From NCBI GenBank assembly GCA_963842295.1, contig CAWJFY010000005.1, positions 192,725 to 256,724 on the forward strand: DNA of 64,000 nucleotides, given 5' to 3'. The notes under the pieces are model-generated. The model worked only from the letters and a program-made list of their open reading frames with translations, made no database searches and was not told where the DNA came from. The stretch is from an uncultured Actinomycetota bacterium (GTDB lineage Bacteria > Actinomycetota > UBA4738 > HRBIN12). The position numbers and the translations under genes are program-made. This document shows, piece after piece, positions 9,569 to 19,164 of this stretch; position 1 is the stretch's first letter, and the number at the start of each line of letters is the position of its first letter.

Positions 9569-9617
9569 TTGGAACGTTCCACTCGACAGCCTTCGACAGC
9601 ACGTTGGAACGTTCCAC
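9569..9617. promoter_or_regulatory. two identical LacI-type palindromic operators, 35 bp centre to centre
   Basis: TTGGAACGTTCCAC occurs at 9569-9582 and again at 9604-9617. The core TGGAACGTTCCA is a perfect palindrome with a central CG. Both sites lie just downstream of the predicted -10 in the iolD/iolG divergent region. Confidence 0.55.
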
Positions 9618-9678
9618 TGCTTGAAGGAGTCCGGGGGCCGATGGCTCGGTTTCCGCGATCACGGAACGAAGGAGTTCG

Positions 9679-10674
9679 ATGCGCGTCGGAGTGATCGGGG
9701 TGGGCCGCATGGGAGAGACCCACGCGGGGACGCTCAGCTCCATCGACGAGGTGGATGCGGTCCTGATCACGGATCCGGACGCGCCTCGGGCCGAGCAGGT
9801 CGCCGGGAGAGTGGGCGCGGAGACGGTGCCCACGACCGAAGAGCTGCTCGCGTCGGTCGACGCGGTCGTGATCGCGGCGGCGTCGTCCGCGCACGCCGAT
9901 CTGATCCACGCATGTGCCGACGCCGGCCGCCCGACGTTCTGCGAGAAACCGATCACGCTCGACCTGGCGTCGACGGCCGAGGTGGTCGAGCATGTCCGTT
10001 CTGCCGGGATCCCGCTCCAGATGGGGTTCCAGCGCAGGTTCGATCCCGGGTTCCGGGCGGCCCGAGACCTGCTCGCCGACGGTTCGCTCGGCACGCTCTA
10101 CGTGGTGCGGATGGCCGGGCACGACCCGGCGCCGCCTCACGAGGAGTACATCCCCGCCTCGGGCGGGATCTTCCGCGACTTCAGCGTGCACGACTTCGAC
10201 GCGCTCCGCTTCGTGACGAAGCAAGAGACCGTCGAGGTGTACGCGGACGGCGCCGTGATCGCGTTCCCGCAGTTCGCGAGATACGACGACGTCGACACGG
10301 GCGTAGCCACGCTGCGGCTCTCAGGGGGGAGCTTCGGGATCCTGTCGGTGACCCGGCACGATCCGCTCGGCTACGACATCCGGATGGAGCTCCTTGGATC
10401 CGGGGACAGCATCGCCGTCGGCTGGGACGATCGCATGCCCCTGCGCTCCGTCGAACCCGGCGCGCCGCCGGCGCCCGCCGATGCCTACCGCGGTTTCCAG
10501 GAACGGTTCGCCGAGGCCTATCGTGCGGAGATGAACGCGTTCGTGCAGGTCGGCGCGGGCCGCCAAGAGAGCGCCTGCACGGCCGAGGACGCGCTGGAGG
10601 CGATGCGGGTGGCGGTCGCCTGCGACCTTTCTCGGAAGGAGCACCGGCCGGTGCGGCTGGAGGAGGTCGCATGA
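9679..10674 (+). CDS. iolG: Gfo/Idh/MocA-family oxidoreductase, likely myo-inositol 2-dehydrogenase
   Basis: N-terminal MRVGVIGVGRMG is a Rossmann motif, an EKP motif follows, and the length is 331 aa. An RBS GAAGGAG lies 4 nt upstream. The assignment rests on context with the other iol genes. Confidence 0.75.
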   Translation: MRVGVIGVGRMGETHAGTLSSIDEVDAVLITDPDAPRAEQVAGRVGAETVPTTEELLASVDAVVIAAASSAHADLIHACADAGRPTFCEKPITLDLASTAEVVEHVRSAGIPLQMGFQRRFDPGFRAARDLLADGSLGTLYVVRMAGHDPAPPHEEYIPASGGIFRDFSVHDFDALRFVTKQETVEVYADGAVIAFPQFARYDDVDTGVATLRLSGGSFGILSVTRHDPLGYDIRMELLGSGDSIAVGWDDRMPLRSVEPGAPPAPADAYRGFQERFAEAYRAEMNAFVQVGAGRQESACTAEDALEAMRVAVACDLSRKEHRPVRLEEVA

Positions 10675-11573
10675 TGACGCTCACGGGCCGGGTCGCGGGT
10701 GCGCCGATCTCGTGGGGGGTATGCGAGGTCCCCGGATGGGGGCATCAGATGAAGGCCGAGCGCGTCCTGTTCGAGATGCATGCCGCCGGGTTCGGGGCGA
10801 CCGAGCTCGGTCCGGAGGGGTTCCTGCCTCCCTCACGTGCGCGAGCGCTCCTCACGAACAACGACCTGCAGCTGGTGGCCGGGTTCGTCCCGGCCGTGCT
10901 CCACGAGGAAGCCGGGTTGCAACGCGGGCTGGACGCGGTCGCCGCGTCCGCCGACCTGATCGCGGATCTGGGCGGCCAGGTGCTGGTGCTCGCGGCTTCG
11001 ACGGGCCGTGAGGGCTACGAGGCCACGAACAGGCTCGACCGCGACGGATGGTCGGCCCTGGCACGAGGGATCGAGAGGGCTGTGGCCCTCATCGAGGATC
11101 GCGGGCTTGGGGTCGCCCTCCATCCCCACCATGGAACCGTGGTCGAGCGACCCGTGGACGTCGAACGCCTGCTCGAGATCTCCGACGTGGGGCTGTGCCT
11201 CGACACCGGCCACATCCTGGTGGGTGGCGGCGATCCACTCGAGCTCGCCCGCGACGCCGCGTCCCGCGTCGTTCACGTGCATCTGAAGGACGCCTCGGCC
11301 TCCGTGGCCGAGCAGATCGGCGCGGGGCGTCTCGGATACCGAGATGCGGTCCGGGCGGGCCTGTACCGTCCCCTGGGCGACGGCGACCTCGATGTGACGG
11401 CCGTCGTGCGGGTGCTCGAGCAGTCCGGGTACAACGGTTGGTACGTACTCGAACACGACGAGGTGCTCGATCGTGAGCCGGAGGAAGCATCGGGCCCGAT
11501 CCAGGATGCGAGGAGTAGCCTCGCGTTCCTGGAGCGGGCGTGGGAGGGGGTGGGGACGGCGACGAGGGGTTAG
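10671..11573 (+). CDS. xylose-isomerase-like TIM-barrel protein, inosose dehydratase IolE-like (IolI is an alternative)
   Basis: 300 aa. The motifs HPHHGTVVE and CLDTGH are typical of sugar-phosphate isomerase/epimerase folds. The ATG overlaps the iolG stop (ATGA). Confidence 0.6.
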   Translation: MMTLTGRVAGAPISWGVCEVPGWGHQMKAERVLFEMHAAGFGATELGPEGFLPPSRARALLTNNDLQLVAGFVPAVLHEEAGLQRGLDAVAASADLIADLGGQVLVLAASTGREGYEATNRLDRDGWSALARGIERAVALIEDRGLGVALHPHHGTVVERPVDVERLLEISDVGLCLDTGHILVGGGDPLELARDAASRVVHVHLKDASASVAEQIGAGRLGYRDAVRAGLYRPLGDGDLDVTAVVRVLEQSGYNGWYVLEHDEVLDREPEEASGPIQDARSSLAFLERAWEGVGTATRG

Positions 11574-11625
11574 GTCTTGGTGGCGCGAGCGTCGCGCCCG
11601 GCGAGTCGAAGAGGGGGTTAGATCG

Positions 11626-12621
11626 ATGATCAAGAGATGGGCTGCGCTCGCGCTCGTCTTCGCGCTCGGCGCGGCAGCGTGCACGGGCGACGACGGCGGC
11701 GGTGGTGGCGGCGGTGATGGCGGCGGGAACGGCGTCGCGCAACGTGACTTCCGGTTCGTGGTCGTCACCCACGGGCAGGCGTCGGACCCGTTCTGGTCCG
11801 TGGCGGCCAACGGCGTCGACGCCGCGGCCGAGGACATGGGCGTCACGGTCGAGTACCAGGCGCCCGAGACGTTCGACATGGTGGCGATGAGCGAGCTCAT
11901 CGATGCGGCGGTGGCTTCGGAGCCCGACGGGCTGGTCGTCAGCATCCCCGACGCCGACGCGCTCGGTCCGTCGATCCAGGCAGCGGTTGACGCCGGTATC
12001 CCGGTGATCTCGATGAACTCCGGCAGCGACGTCTTCCAGGACCTCGGCGTGCTGGTGCACGTCGGCCAGACCGAGTTCGAGGCCGGGCTGATCGCCGGAC
12101 AGCGGTTCGCCGACGAGGGCGTCCAGAACCCGATCTGCATCAACCAGGAGGTTGGGAACGCCGCACTCGATGCCCGCTGCGACGGGTTCTTCGAGGGTCT
12201 CGGCGTCGAGGGCGAGGTGATCCCGGTCGACCTGAACGACCCGGCCGGCACCACCGAGACCGTGGCCGGCGTCCTCCAGCAGAACGCGGACGTCGACGGG
12301 ATCCTGACGCTCGGTCCCACGGGCGCCACGCCGACGCTCGAGGCGTTGACGCAAGCGGACATGCTCGGCAGCGTCAAGTTCGCCACGTTCGACCTGTCGC
12401 CCGAGGTGCTGCAGGCGATCACGGACGGCGACATGCTGTTCGCGATCGACCAGGCGCAGTACCTCCAGGGCTACCTGCCGATCGTGTTCCTCACGAAGTA
12501 CCTGGAGACCGGCGCGTTGCCGCTCGGCAGCGTCGATCGCGTGGTCCTCACGGGACCGCAGATCGTCACCGAGGACACGGCGCAGGACGTCGTCCAGTAC
12601 TCGGAGGACGGGCTCCGCTAG
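11626..12621 (+). CDS. sugar (inositol/ribose-type) ABC transporter substrate-binding lipoprotein
   Basis: Signal peptide plus lipobox ALGAAAC, then a poly-Gly linker, then a periplasmic-binding-protein fold. An RBS GAGGGGG precedes the ATG. Confidence 0.8.
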   Translation: MIKRWAALALVFALGAAACTGDDGGGGGGGDGGGNGVAQRDFRFVVVTHGQASDPFWSVAANGVDAAAEDMGVTVEYQAPETFDMVAMSELIDAAVASEPDGLVVSIPDADALGPSIQAAVDAGIPVISMNSGSDVFQDLGVLVHVGQTEFEAGLIAGQRFADEGVQNPICINQEVGNAALDARCDGFFEGLGVEGEVIPVDLNDPAGTTETVAGVLQQNADVDGILTLGPTGATPTLEALTQADMLGSVKFATFDLSPEVLQAITDGDMLFAIDQAQYLQGYLPIVFLTKYLETGALPLGSVDRVVLTGPQIVTEDTAQDVVQYSEDGLR

Positions 12622-12629
12622 TCGGGCTC

Positions 12630-12662
12630 GGGGTCGGCGCTCACGCGGTGGGCGCCGACCCC
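12630..12662 (+). terminator. strong GC hairpin after the SBP gene, a partial terminator or RNA-stabilising stem
   Basis: GGGGTCGGCGC at 12630-12640 pairs with GCGCCGACCCC at 12652-12662 across a 10-11 nt loop. It starts 9 nt after the SBP stop and has no U-tract. Confidence 0.45.
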
Positions 12663-12721
12663 GTACCATCCGCATCGACTAGGCGGCATCAGCGAGGCCG
12701 AGCTGCGAGGGGAGACCAGGG

Positions 12722-13789
12722 ATGGCAACCACGGCAACCGAGCCCACCGCCGACGCAGACGAGCGGGTCCGCCGCGTCGGGGTGCTCTCCAGGCTCCTCG
12801 GCCGGCCGGAGCTCGGTGCCATCGCGGGACTGGTGGTGGTCTGGGTCTTCTTCGCGATCATCGCTGCAGACAACAACTTCGTCGGCATGGCGACGACCGC
12901 CTCGATCCTCAACCGGGCGGCGCCCCTCGGGATCCTCGCGGTGGCCGTCGCCCTGCTGATGATCGCGGGCGAGTTCGACCTGTCGATCGGCTCGATCCTC
13001 GGCTTCTCGGGGATGGCGATCATGATCGCCGTCACGCCGGTCGATGCGGGCGGGCTGGGCTGGTCGTTGCTTCCTGCGGCCATCCTCGCGCTCGTGCTGG
13101 CGTTGTTGACCGGGTTCGTCAACGGGTGGCTCGTGGTCCTCACGAAGCTGCCCTCGTTCATCATCACGCTGGGCACACTGTTCATCTTCCGGGGGCTGAC
13201 GACCGCGATCACACGGGCGCGGACGAACCGGACGCAGCTCGGCAACCTCGACGAGGTGCCCGGATTCGCGTTGTTCGAGACGTGGTTCGGCAAGGAGTTC
13301 GAGATCTTCGGCGCCCGCTTCAGCATCTCGATCCTGTGGTGGGTCCTGCTGACGGTGATCGCCACGTGGATGCTGGTCCGGACGAGCTCGGGGAACTGGA
13401 TCTTCGGGACGGGCGGCGCGCCCGACGCGGCGCGCGCCGTCGGCGTCCCGGTGCGTCGCGTGAAGATCGCGCTCTTCCTCACGACGGCGTTCGCGGCGTT
13501 CTTCGTCGCCCTCACGCAAGCGGTGCAGTTCACCGGCGCGGACACCCTCCGCGGGACCGGTCGGGAGTTCGAAGCGATCATCGCGGCGGTCGTCGGCGGG
13601 TGCCTGCTCACCGGGGGCTACGGCTCCGCGGTCGGCGCGGCCCTCGGCGCGCTGATCTTCGCGATGGTGCAGCAGGGGATCGTGATCACTGGGATCGACG
13701 GCGACTGGTACCAGGTCTTCATCGGCGCCGTGTTGCTCGCGGCGGTGATCTTCAACAACTTCGTCCGGAGGAAGGCGGCAAGCCTATGA
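12722..13789 (+). CDS. sugar ABC transporter permease (RbsC/AraH-type)
   Basis: 355 aa with about 10 TM helices and branched-chain/ribose-type permease features. Confidence 0.8.
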   Translation: MATTATEPTADADERVRRVGVLSRLLGRPELGAIAGLVVVWVFFAIIAADNNFVGMATTASILNRAAPLGILAVAVALLMIAGEFDLSIGSILGFSGMAIMIAVTPVDAGGLGWSLLPAAILALVLALLTGFVNGWLVVLTKLPSFIITLGTLFIFRGLTTAITRARTNRTQLGNLDEVPGFALFETWFGKEFEIFGARFSISILWWVLLTVIATWMLVRTSSGNWIFGTGGAPDAARAVGVPVRRVKIALFLTTAFAAFFVALTQAVQFTGADTLRGTGREFEAIIAAVVGGCLLTGGYGSAVGAALGALIFAMVQQGIVITGIDGDWYQVFIGAVLLAAVIFNNFVRRKAASL

Positions 13790-14703
13790 GCACGAACGGC
13801 GACGCGCTGATCGAGACCAGGAAGCTCTCGAAGTACTTCGGGAGCGTGATCGCGATCAAGGACATCTCGATGCTCGTGCACCCGGGGCGGGTCACCTGCC
13901 TGCTCGGGGACAACGGCGCGGGCAAATCGACGTTGATCAAGACGCTCTCGGGCGTGTACGAGCCCAGCGAGGGCGAGTATCTCTGCGACGGGGAGGAGAT
14001 GCATCTCAAGTCCCCGCGCGACGCGCTCGCGCGCGGGATCGCCACGGTCTACCAGGACCTCGCGATGATCCCGTTGCTCTCGATATGGAGGAACTTCTTC
14101 CTCGGCTCCGAGCCGACGAAGGGCTGGGGTCCCTTCCGTCGCTTCGACGTGAAGCGGGCGAAGGAGATCACGCGGCAGGAGCTCTCGAAGATGGGGATCG
14201 ACATCCGCGATCCCGAGCAGACGGTCGGGACCCTCTCCGGTGGCGAGCGGCAGTCGCTCGCGATCGCCCGCGCCGTGTACTTCGGCGCGCGGGTCCTGAT
14301 CCTCGACGAGCCCACCGCCGCCCTCGGCGTGAAGCAGGCCGGCGTCGTCCTCCGCTACATCGTGACGGCGAAGCAACGCGGTGTGGCCGTCGTCTTCATC
14401 ACCCACAACCCGCACCACGCGTACCCCGTCGGCGACCACTTCGTGATCCTCCGGCGCGGGAAGGTCTTCGGGAGCTTCCCGAAGGCCGACCTCACGCTGG
14501 AACACCTCGTACAGATGATGGCCGGAGGAGCCGAGCTCGAGACCCTGGCGCACGAGCTCCAACAGGTGGCGGGCGACGACGCCGAACTCCGGAAGGCCGC
14601 CGCGGTGCTCGAGCAGGAGGTGAAGGCGGCGGTGCCCAAGCCGGTCGCGGCCGAGCCCCCGAGCCGAGCCCCGGCCGACGGAGAGGCCGCGACCGAGGGC
14701 TGA
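13786..14703 (+). CDS. sugar ABC transporter ATP-binding protein
   Basis: Walker [10 protein letters not shown], signature LSGGERQ and Walker B ILILDEP. The ATG overlaps the permease stop. Confidence 0.85.
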   Translation: MSTNGDALIETRKLSKYFGSVIAIKDISMLVHPGRVTCLLGDNGAGKSTLIKTLSGVYEPSEGEYLCDGEEMHLKSPRDALARGIATVYQDLAMIPLLSIWRNFFLGSEPTKGWGPFRRFDVKRAKEITRQELSKMGIDIRDPEQTVGTLSGGERQSLAIARAVYFGARVLILDEPTAALGVKQAGVVLRYIVTAKQRGVAVVFITHNPHHAYPVGDHFVILRRGKVFGSFPKADLTLEHLVQMMAGGAELETLAHELQQVAGDDAELRKAAAVLEQEVKAAVPKPVAAEPPSRAPADGEAATEG

Positions 14704-14704
14704 C

Positions 14705-15655
14705 GTGGACGCGAGCGGCCCCTTCGACCTCATCACGATGGGCCGCGTCGGGGTGGACCTGTATCCCGAGCAGAGCGGCGTCCCGCTCGCAGAAGTGCGC
14801 ACGTTCGCGAAATCGCTCGGCGGGAGTCCGACGAACGTCGCCGTCGGCGCCGCCCGATACGGTCATCGGGCGGCCGTGATCACGAAGGTCGGCGCCGACG
14901 GCTTCGGCGACTACATCCGCGCAGCGTTCCGTGGCTTCGGTGTCGACGACCGGTTCGTCGGCATCGATCCGGAGCTCCGGACGCCGATCGTGTTCTGTGA
15001 GCTTCTGCCGCCGGAGTCCCCCACGATCGTGTTCTACCGGCAGCCGAGCGCTCCGGACATGCAGGTCTCGGCCGGCGAGCTCGACCTCGGAGCGATCCGG
15101 GACGCCCGGATCTTCTGGACGACGGGGACGGGGCTGTCGGCGGATCCGAGCCGGACGGCCACCCTGGCCGCCCTGGAGGCGCGGGACCGCGGAGCGATGA
15201 CGGTGCACGACCTCGACTACCGGCCGATGTTCTGGTCGTCGCCGGAGGACGCGCGGCCGCAGCAGCTCCGTGCCTTGGCGCTCGCGACGGTCGCGGTCGG
15301 CAACGTGGAGGAGTGCGCCGTCGCGGTGGGGGACGGGTCACCCGAGGACCTCGCGCAGCGGCTGCTCGATCTCGGTCTCGACCTCGCGATCGTGAAGCTC
15401 GGTGGAGACGGGGTCCTGGCGGCGTGGGCGGGCGGCGCGGAGCGATTCCGACCGGTCCCGGTCCGCGTCGTGAACGGCCTCGGCGCCGGCGACGGGTTCG
15501 GGGCCGGCGTCTGCCACGGCCTTCTGGAAGGGTGGGACGTGCCCCGGACGATCCGGTTCGCGAGTGCCGCGGGAGCCCACGTCGCGTCGCGGCTCGCCTG
15601 CGCGGACGAGATGCCGACCGAGGCCGAGGTCGAGGCGTTGCTGGTCGATGCGTGA
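14705..15655 (+). CDS. iolC: PfkB-family carbohydrate kinase, likely 5-dehydro-2-deoxygluconokinase
   Basis: Ribokinase-like fold with C-terminal GAGDGFGAG. The GTG start lies 1 nt after the ATPase stop. The assignment rests on iol context. Confidence 0.7.
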   Translation: MDASGPFDLITMGRVGVDLYPEQSGVPLAEVRTFAKSLGGSPTNVAVGAARYGHRAAVITKVGADGFGDYIRAAFRGFGVDDRFVGIDPELRTPIVFCELLPPESPTIVFYRQPSAPDMQVSAGELDLGAIRDARIFWTTGTGLSADPSRTATLAALEARDRGAMTVHDLDYRPMFWSSPEDARPQQLRALALATVAVGNVEECAVAVGDGSPEDLAQRLLDLGLDLAIVKLGGDGVLAAWAGGAERFRPVPVRVVNGLGAGDGFGAGVCHGLLEGWDVPRTIRFASAAGAHVASRLACADEMPTEAEVEALLVDA

Positions 15656-15659
15656 GCGA

Positions 15660-16211
15660 TCAGCCGTCGCCGGCCCACGCGACCACCATGGCCACCTCGG
15701 CCCGGTGGAGCTGGATCTGGATATGTGGGGGTGGCTCGCCGAGAACGAGGAGCACCACGGCCTCGGCGAACCGTTCCGACGGGATCCGGTCCCAGCGGTC
15801 GCCGCCGCGCCAGGGCGTCCCCGGCGGCAGCAAGGCCGCGGCGACGAACCGCTGGCGGAAGGCGGTGCTCGGCGGACAGACGTGCTCCACGTGGTGCGCG
15901 AACTCGTGGAGCAGCGACGCCTCGAGGTTGGCCGCCGTTCCCGGAGCGCGGATCAGCACGAGGGCACCGCTCGGTTCGTAGCGCGCCCGGTCGCGGAGGT
16001 CCCACGCCACGCCGACCGTGACGCCCTCGAGGCACGCCGATCGGTCGGGGATCGCGGTGGCGAACCGCTGCCACGCTTGGGTCGCCAGCTCGCGGACGTC
16101 GCCGGGCGTGGCCGACGTGAACCGGAGGTCCGGTCGGGTCCCCCGCCACGCCGCGAGCGACCCGACCGCGACGATCACGATCACGACGACGGCGATCATC
16201 CGGCCTCGCAT
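15660..16211 (-). CDS. hypothetical membrane-anchored protein with an HExxH zinc-peptidase-like motif
   Basis: 183 aa. The N-terminal anchor MRGRMIAVVVIVIVAVGSLAAW is followed by LLHEFAHHVEH. It is encoded antisense to the iol operon, between iolC and iolB. The alternative plus-strand ORF 15564..16250 translates as low-complexity R/P-rich sequence. Confidence 0.4.
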   Translation of the reverse strand: MRGRMIAVVVIVIVAVGSLAAWRGTRPDLRFTSATPGDVRELATQAWQRFATAIPDRSACLEGVTVGVAWDLRDRARYEPSGALVLIRAPGTAANLEASLLHEFAHHVEHVCPPSTAFRQRFVAAALLPPGTPWRGGDRWDRIPSERFAEAVVLLVLGEPPPHIQIQLHRAEVAMVVAWAGDG

Positions 16212-16239
16212 CTCCCGAACCGTACTCCTGGGGCGTTCC

Positions 16240-17118
16240 GTGGGCGCTGACCTGTTCCGGCCCGCCGGCACCGCGGCCGCCGACGGCGAGCCCGTGCATC
16301 TCACACCGGCCGACGCCGGCTGGTCGTTCAGCGGTCTCCGCGTCCTCGCTCTCGCCGCCGGTGAGCGTCGTGCCCTGCGTCTCGACGGCATCGAAGCGTG
16401 TGCGCTGCCGCTCTCGGGATCGTGCACCGTCGAGGTCGGTGGTGCGACCTATGACCTCGAGGGTCGCCGTGACGTGTTCTCGCGCGTGTCCGACTTCGTC
16501 TACCTGCCGGCGGGCTCCGAGGCCACCTTCTCGAGCGCCGGGGGGTGCGAGATCGCGCTCCCGAACGCGCCGGCCACCCGGAGGCTGGACCCCGCCCACG
16601 TGCCGGCCCGCGCGATCTCGGTGGAGATCCGAGGCGGCGGTGTGGCCACGCGACAGATCAACAACTTCATGGCCGCCGACGCATTCGAGGCAGAGCGCCT
16701 GATCGCCGTCGAGGTGCTCACGCCGGACGGGAACTGGTCGTCCTTCCCGCCCCACAAGCACGACGAGCACTCGGAGAACGAGGTGCCGCTCGAGGAGATC
16801 TACTATTTCCGGATCCGCGGCGAGGCCGGATTCGGTCTCCACCGGACCTACACGACGGACGGCGAGATCGACGAGACGGTCACGGTGCGCGACGGCGACG
16901 TCTTCCTGATCCCGCGCGGATACCACGGGCCCTGCGTCGCGACGCCAGGGCATACGATGTACTACCTGAACGTGATGGCCGGCCCGGCGGAGCGCGCCTG
17001 GCGAGTCTGTCTCGATCCGGCACACGAGCGGCTCGGCGAGCTCCTGGGCTCGCTGGCGCCGGACCCGAGATGCCCGCTGGTCACGGCCGACGGGCCGCGG
17101 GAGGGCGAGAGGAGCTGA
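16240..17118 (+). CDS. iolB: 5-deoxy-glucuronate isomerase (IolB-like, cupin)
   Basis: About 292 aa from the GTG at 16240; the start is uncertain. The characteristic IolB length and its position before the CoA-acylating dehydrogenase support the call. Confidence 0.65.
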   Translation: MGADLFRPAGTAAADGEPVHLTPADAGWSFSGLRVLALAAGERRALRLDGIEACALPLSGSCTVEVGGATYDLEGRRDVFSRVSDFVYLPAGSEATFSSAGGCEIALPNAPATRRLDPAHVPARAISVEIRGGGVATRQINNFMAADAFEAERLIAVEVLTPDGNWSSFPPHKHDEHSENEVPLEEIYYFRIRGEAGFGLHRTYTTDGEIDETVTVRDGDVFLIPRGYHGPCVATPGHTMYYLNVMAGPAERAWRVCLDPAHERLGELLGSLAPDPRCPLVTADGPREGERS

Positions 17119-17120
17119 CG

Positions 17121-18611
17121 ATGGAACGGATCAGCCACTGGATCGGCGGGAAGACAGTCCCGGGTGAGTCGGGACGGACGGGCAACGTCTTCGACCCGGC
17201 GACGGGGGAGCAGACACACGAGGTCGACTTCGCCACTGCCGACGAGGTCGGCCAGGCGGTCGCCGCGGCCGCCGAGGCGTTCCCGGCCTGGCGCGCGACG
17301 TCGCTCTCGAAGCGATCCGACGTGATGTTCCAGATCCGCGAGCTCCTCGAGGACCGGAAGGCCGAGGTCGCGAAGGCCATCACGGCGCAGCACGGGAAGG
17401 TCGTGTCGGACGCGATGGGCGAGGTGCAGCGAGGCCTCGAGAACGTGGAGTTCGCCTGCGGGATCCCGAACCTGCTGAAGGGCGGCTTCACCGAGCAGGC
17501 CTCCACCGGGGTCGACGTCTACTCGATCCGCCAGCCGCTCGGCGTCGTGGCGGGGATCACCCCGTTCAACTTCCCGGCGATGGTGCCGCTCTGGATGCTC
17601 ACGAACGCGATCGCCTGCGGGAACACGTTCGTGCTCAAGCCGTCGGAGAAGGATCCGGGGGCCTCGCTGCTGCTCGCGGAACTCCTCCGCGACGCCGGCG
17701 TTCCCGAGGGTGTCTTCAACGTGGTCCACGGCGACAAGATCGCCGTGGATGCCATCCTCGAGCATCCCGACATCCAGGCGGTCTCGTTCGTGGGCTCGAC
17801 CCCGATCGCGAAGTACATCTACGAGCACGGCACTGCCGCGGGTAAGCGCGTCCAGGCGCTCGGCGGCGCGAAGAACCACATGATCGTGCTGCCCGACGCC
17901 GACCTCGACATGGCGGCCGACGCCGCCGTGTCGGCCGGGTACGGCAGCGCCGGAGAGCGCTGCATGGCGATCTCCGCGATCGTGGCCGTCGGCGGCATCG
18001 CCGACGACCTCGTGGAGAAGATCGCCGACCGGTTGCCCAAGGTGAAGGTGGGGCCGGGCACCGATCCGGAAGCCGAGATGGGTCCGCTCGTCACGCGCGA
18101 GCATCGCGACAAGGTCGCCGGCTACCTCGACTCGAGCGCAGAGCAAGGAGCCACGGTCGTCCGCGACGGTCGTGAGGACTCGCGGTACGGCGGCGACGGG
18201 TTCTTCCTCGGCGTGTCGCTGATCGATCACGTCACCGAGGAGATGGATGCGTACCGTGACGAGATCTTCGGTCCCGTCCTTTCCGTGGTCCGCGTCGACA
18301 CCTACGACGAGGCGCTGAAGATGGTCAACGACAACCCGTATGGGAACGGTGTCGCGATCTTCACGCGCGACGGCGGTGCGGTCCGGCAGTTCCAGTTCGA
18401 CGTGAACGTCGGGATGGTTGGCGTCAACGTCCCGATCCCGGTGCCCGTCGCGTACTACTCCTTCGGCGGGTGGAAGAGCTCGTTGTTCGGCGACAACCAC
18501 ATGTACGGGCCCGAGGGGATCCAGTTCTACACACGCGGCAAGGTGGTGACGGCGCGATGGCCCGATCCGGCGACGTCCGCCGTCGACCTCGGCTTCCCGA
18601 GGACACGCTGA
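17121..18611 (+). CDS. mmsA: CoA-acylating methylmalonate-semialdehyde dehydrogenase (MmsA/IolA)
   Basis: 496 aa. It has the aldehyde dehydrogenase motifs GNTFVLKPSE and GERCMA (catalytic Cys) and the typical C-terminus FGGWKSSLFGD. Confidence 0.85.
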   Translation: MERISHWIGGKTVPGESGRTGNVFDPATGEQTHEVDFATADEVGQAVAAAAEAFPAWRATSLSKRSDVMFQIRELLEDRKAEVAKAITAQHGKVVSDAMGEVQRGLENVEFACGIPNLLKGGFTEQASTGVDVYSIRQPLGVVAGITPFNFPAMVPLWMLTNAIACGNTFVLKPSEKDPGASLLLAELLRDAGVPEGVFNVVHGDKIAVDAILEHPDIQAVSFVGSTPIAKYIYEHGTAAGKRVQALGGAKNHMIVLPDADLDMAADAAVSAGYGSAGERCMAISAIVAVGGIADDLVEKIADRLPKVKVGPGTDPEAEMGPLVTREHRDKVAGYLDSSAEQGATVVRDGREDSRYGGDGFFLGVSLIDHVTEEMDAYRDEIFGPVLSVVRVDTYDEALKMVNDNPYGNGVAIFTRDGGAVRQFQFDVNVGMVGVNVPIPVPVAYYSFGGWKSSLFGDNHMYGPEGIQFYTRGKVVTARWPDPATSAVDLGFPRTR

Positions 18612-19069
18612 TGGCGTCGGCCGAGGAGCTGCTGCAGAGCGAGGAGACCGCCTGGGCCGAGTTCGTCGCCGAGGTCGGCCGGGTCCCGGAGCATCGTCGC
18701 GGCGACGACGGCGTGGTCCCGGGCTGGTCGGTGAACGATCTCGTCTTCCACAACGGGAGGTGGGCCGGCGTGGCGGCGGAGAAGTTGGGAGCCATCGCGG
18801 CCTCCGGTTCCGCGGGCGAGGAGGACGCCGACGAGGTCTGGCAGGGCAAGAACGAGCTGTGGGCCGCGGAGTCGAAATCGATGCTCTACCAGGAGGCGAT
18901 GGCGCGCGCGCTGGAGGATCGCGAGCGCGCCCGTGCCGCTCTGCAGGCCCTTTCAGAAGTCACAGACGAGGCAGCTTCTTGGTTCAAGGAAGAGACGTTC
19001 GACCACTACCATGAGCACACGGAGGAGGTCAGCCGCTTCGCCGACAGCCTCGGCGTTCCGGAGAGGTAA
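18611..19069 (+). CDS. hypothetical protein, possible ClbS/DfsB-like four-helix bundle
   Basis: 152 aa. Its ATG overlaps the mmsA stop. The motif WSVNDLVFHNGRW resembles the DUF1706/ClbS family. This call is weak. Confidence 0.4.
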   Translation: MASAEELLQSEETAWAEFVAEVGRVPEHRRGDDGVVPGWSVNDLVFHNGRWAGVAAEKLGAIAASGSAGEEDADEVWQGKNELWAAESKSMLYQEAMARALEDRERARAALQALSEVTDEAASWFKEETFDHYHEHTEEVSRFADSLGVPER

Positions 19070-19089
19070 CCCTCGCTCATTCCGAGGGT
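19069..19089 (+). terminator. hairpin directly after the stop codon of the 152-aa gene
   Basis: ACCCTCG, loop CTCATTC, CGAGGGT: a 7-bp stem with a 7-nt loop. Confidence 0.35.
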
Positions 19090-19164
19090 GCACGATGTTC
19101 CCGGAAAAGATGGCGTTCACTATCCGGGGTCCTAGCCTCTTGGATTTGACTGGTCGGAGTTGGG

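Noticed and set aside
15564-16250. 228-aa plus-strand ORF between iolC and iolB
   Set aside because: It is R/P/G-rich with no motifs. The opposite-strand ORF has a signal anchor and an HExxH motif, so it was preferred, although with low confidence.
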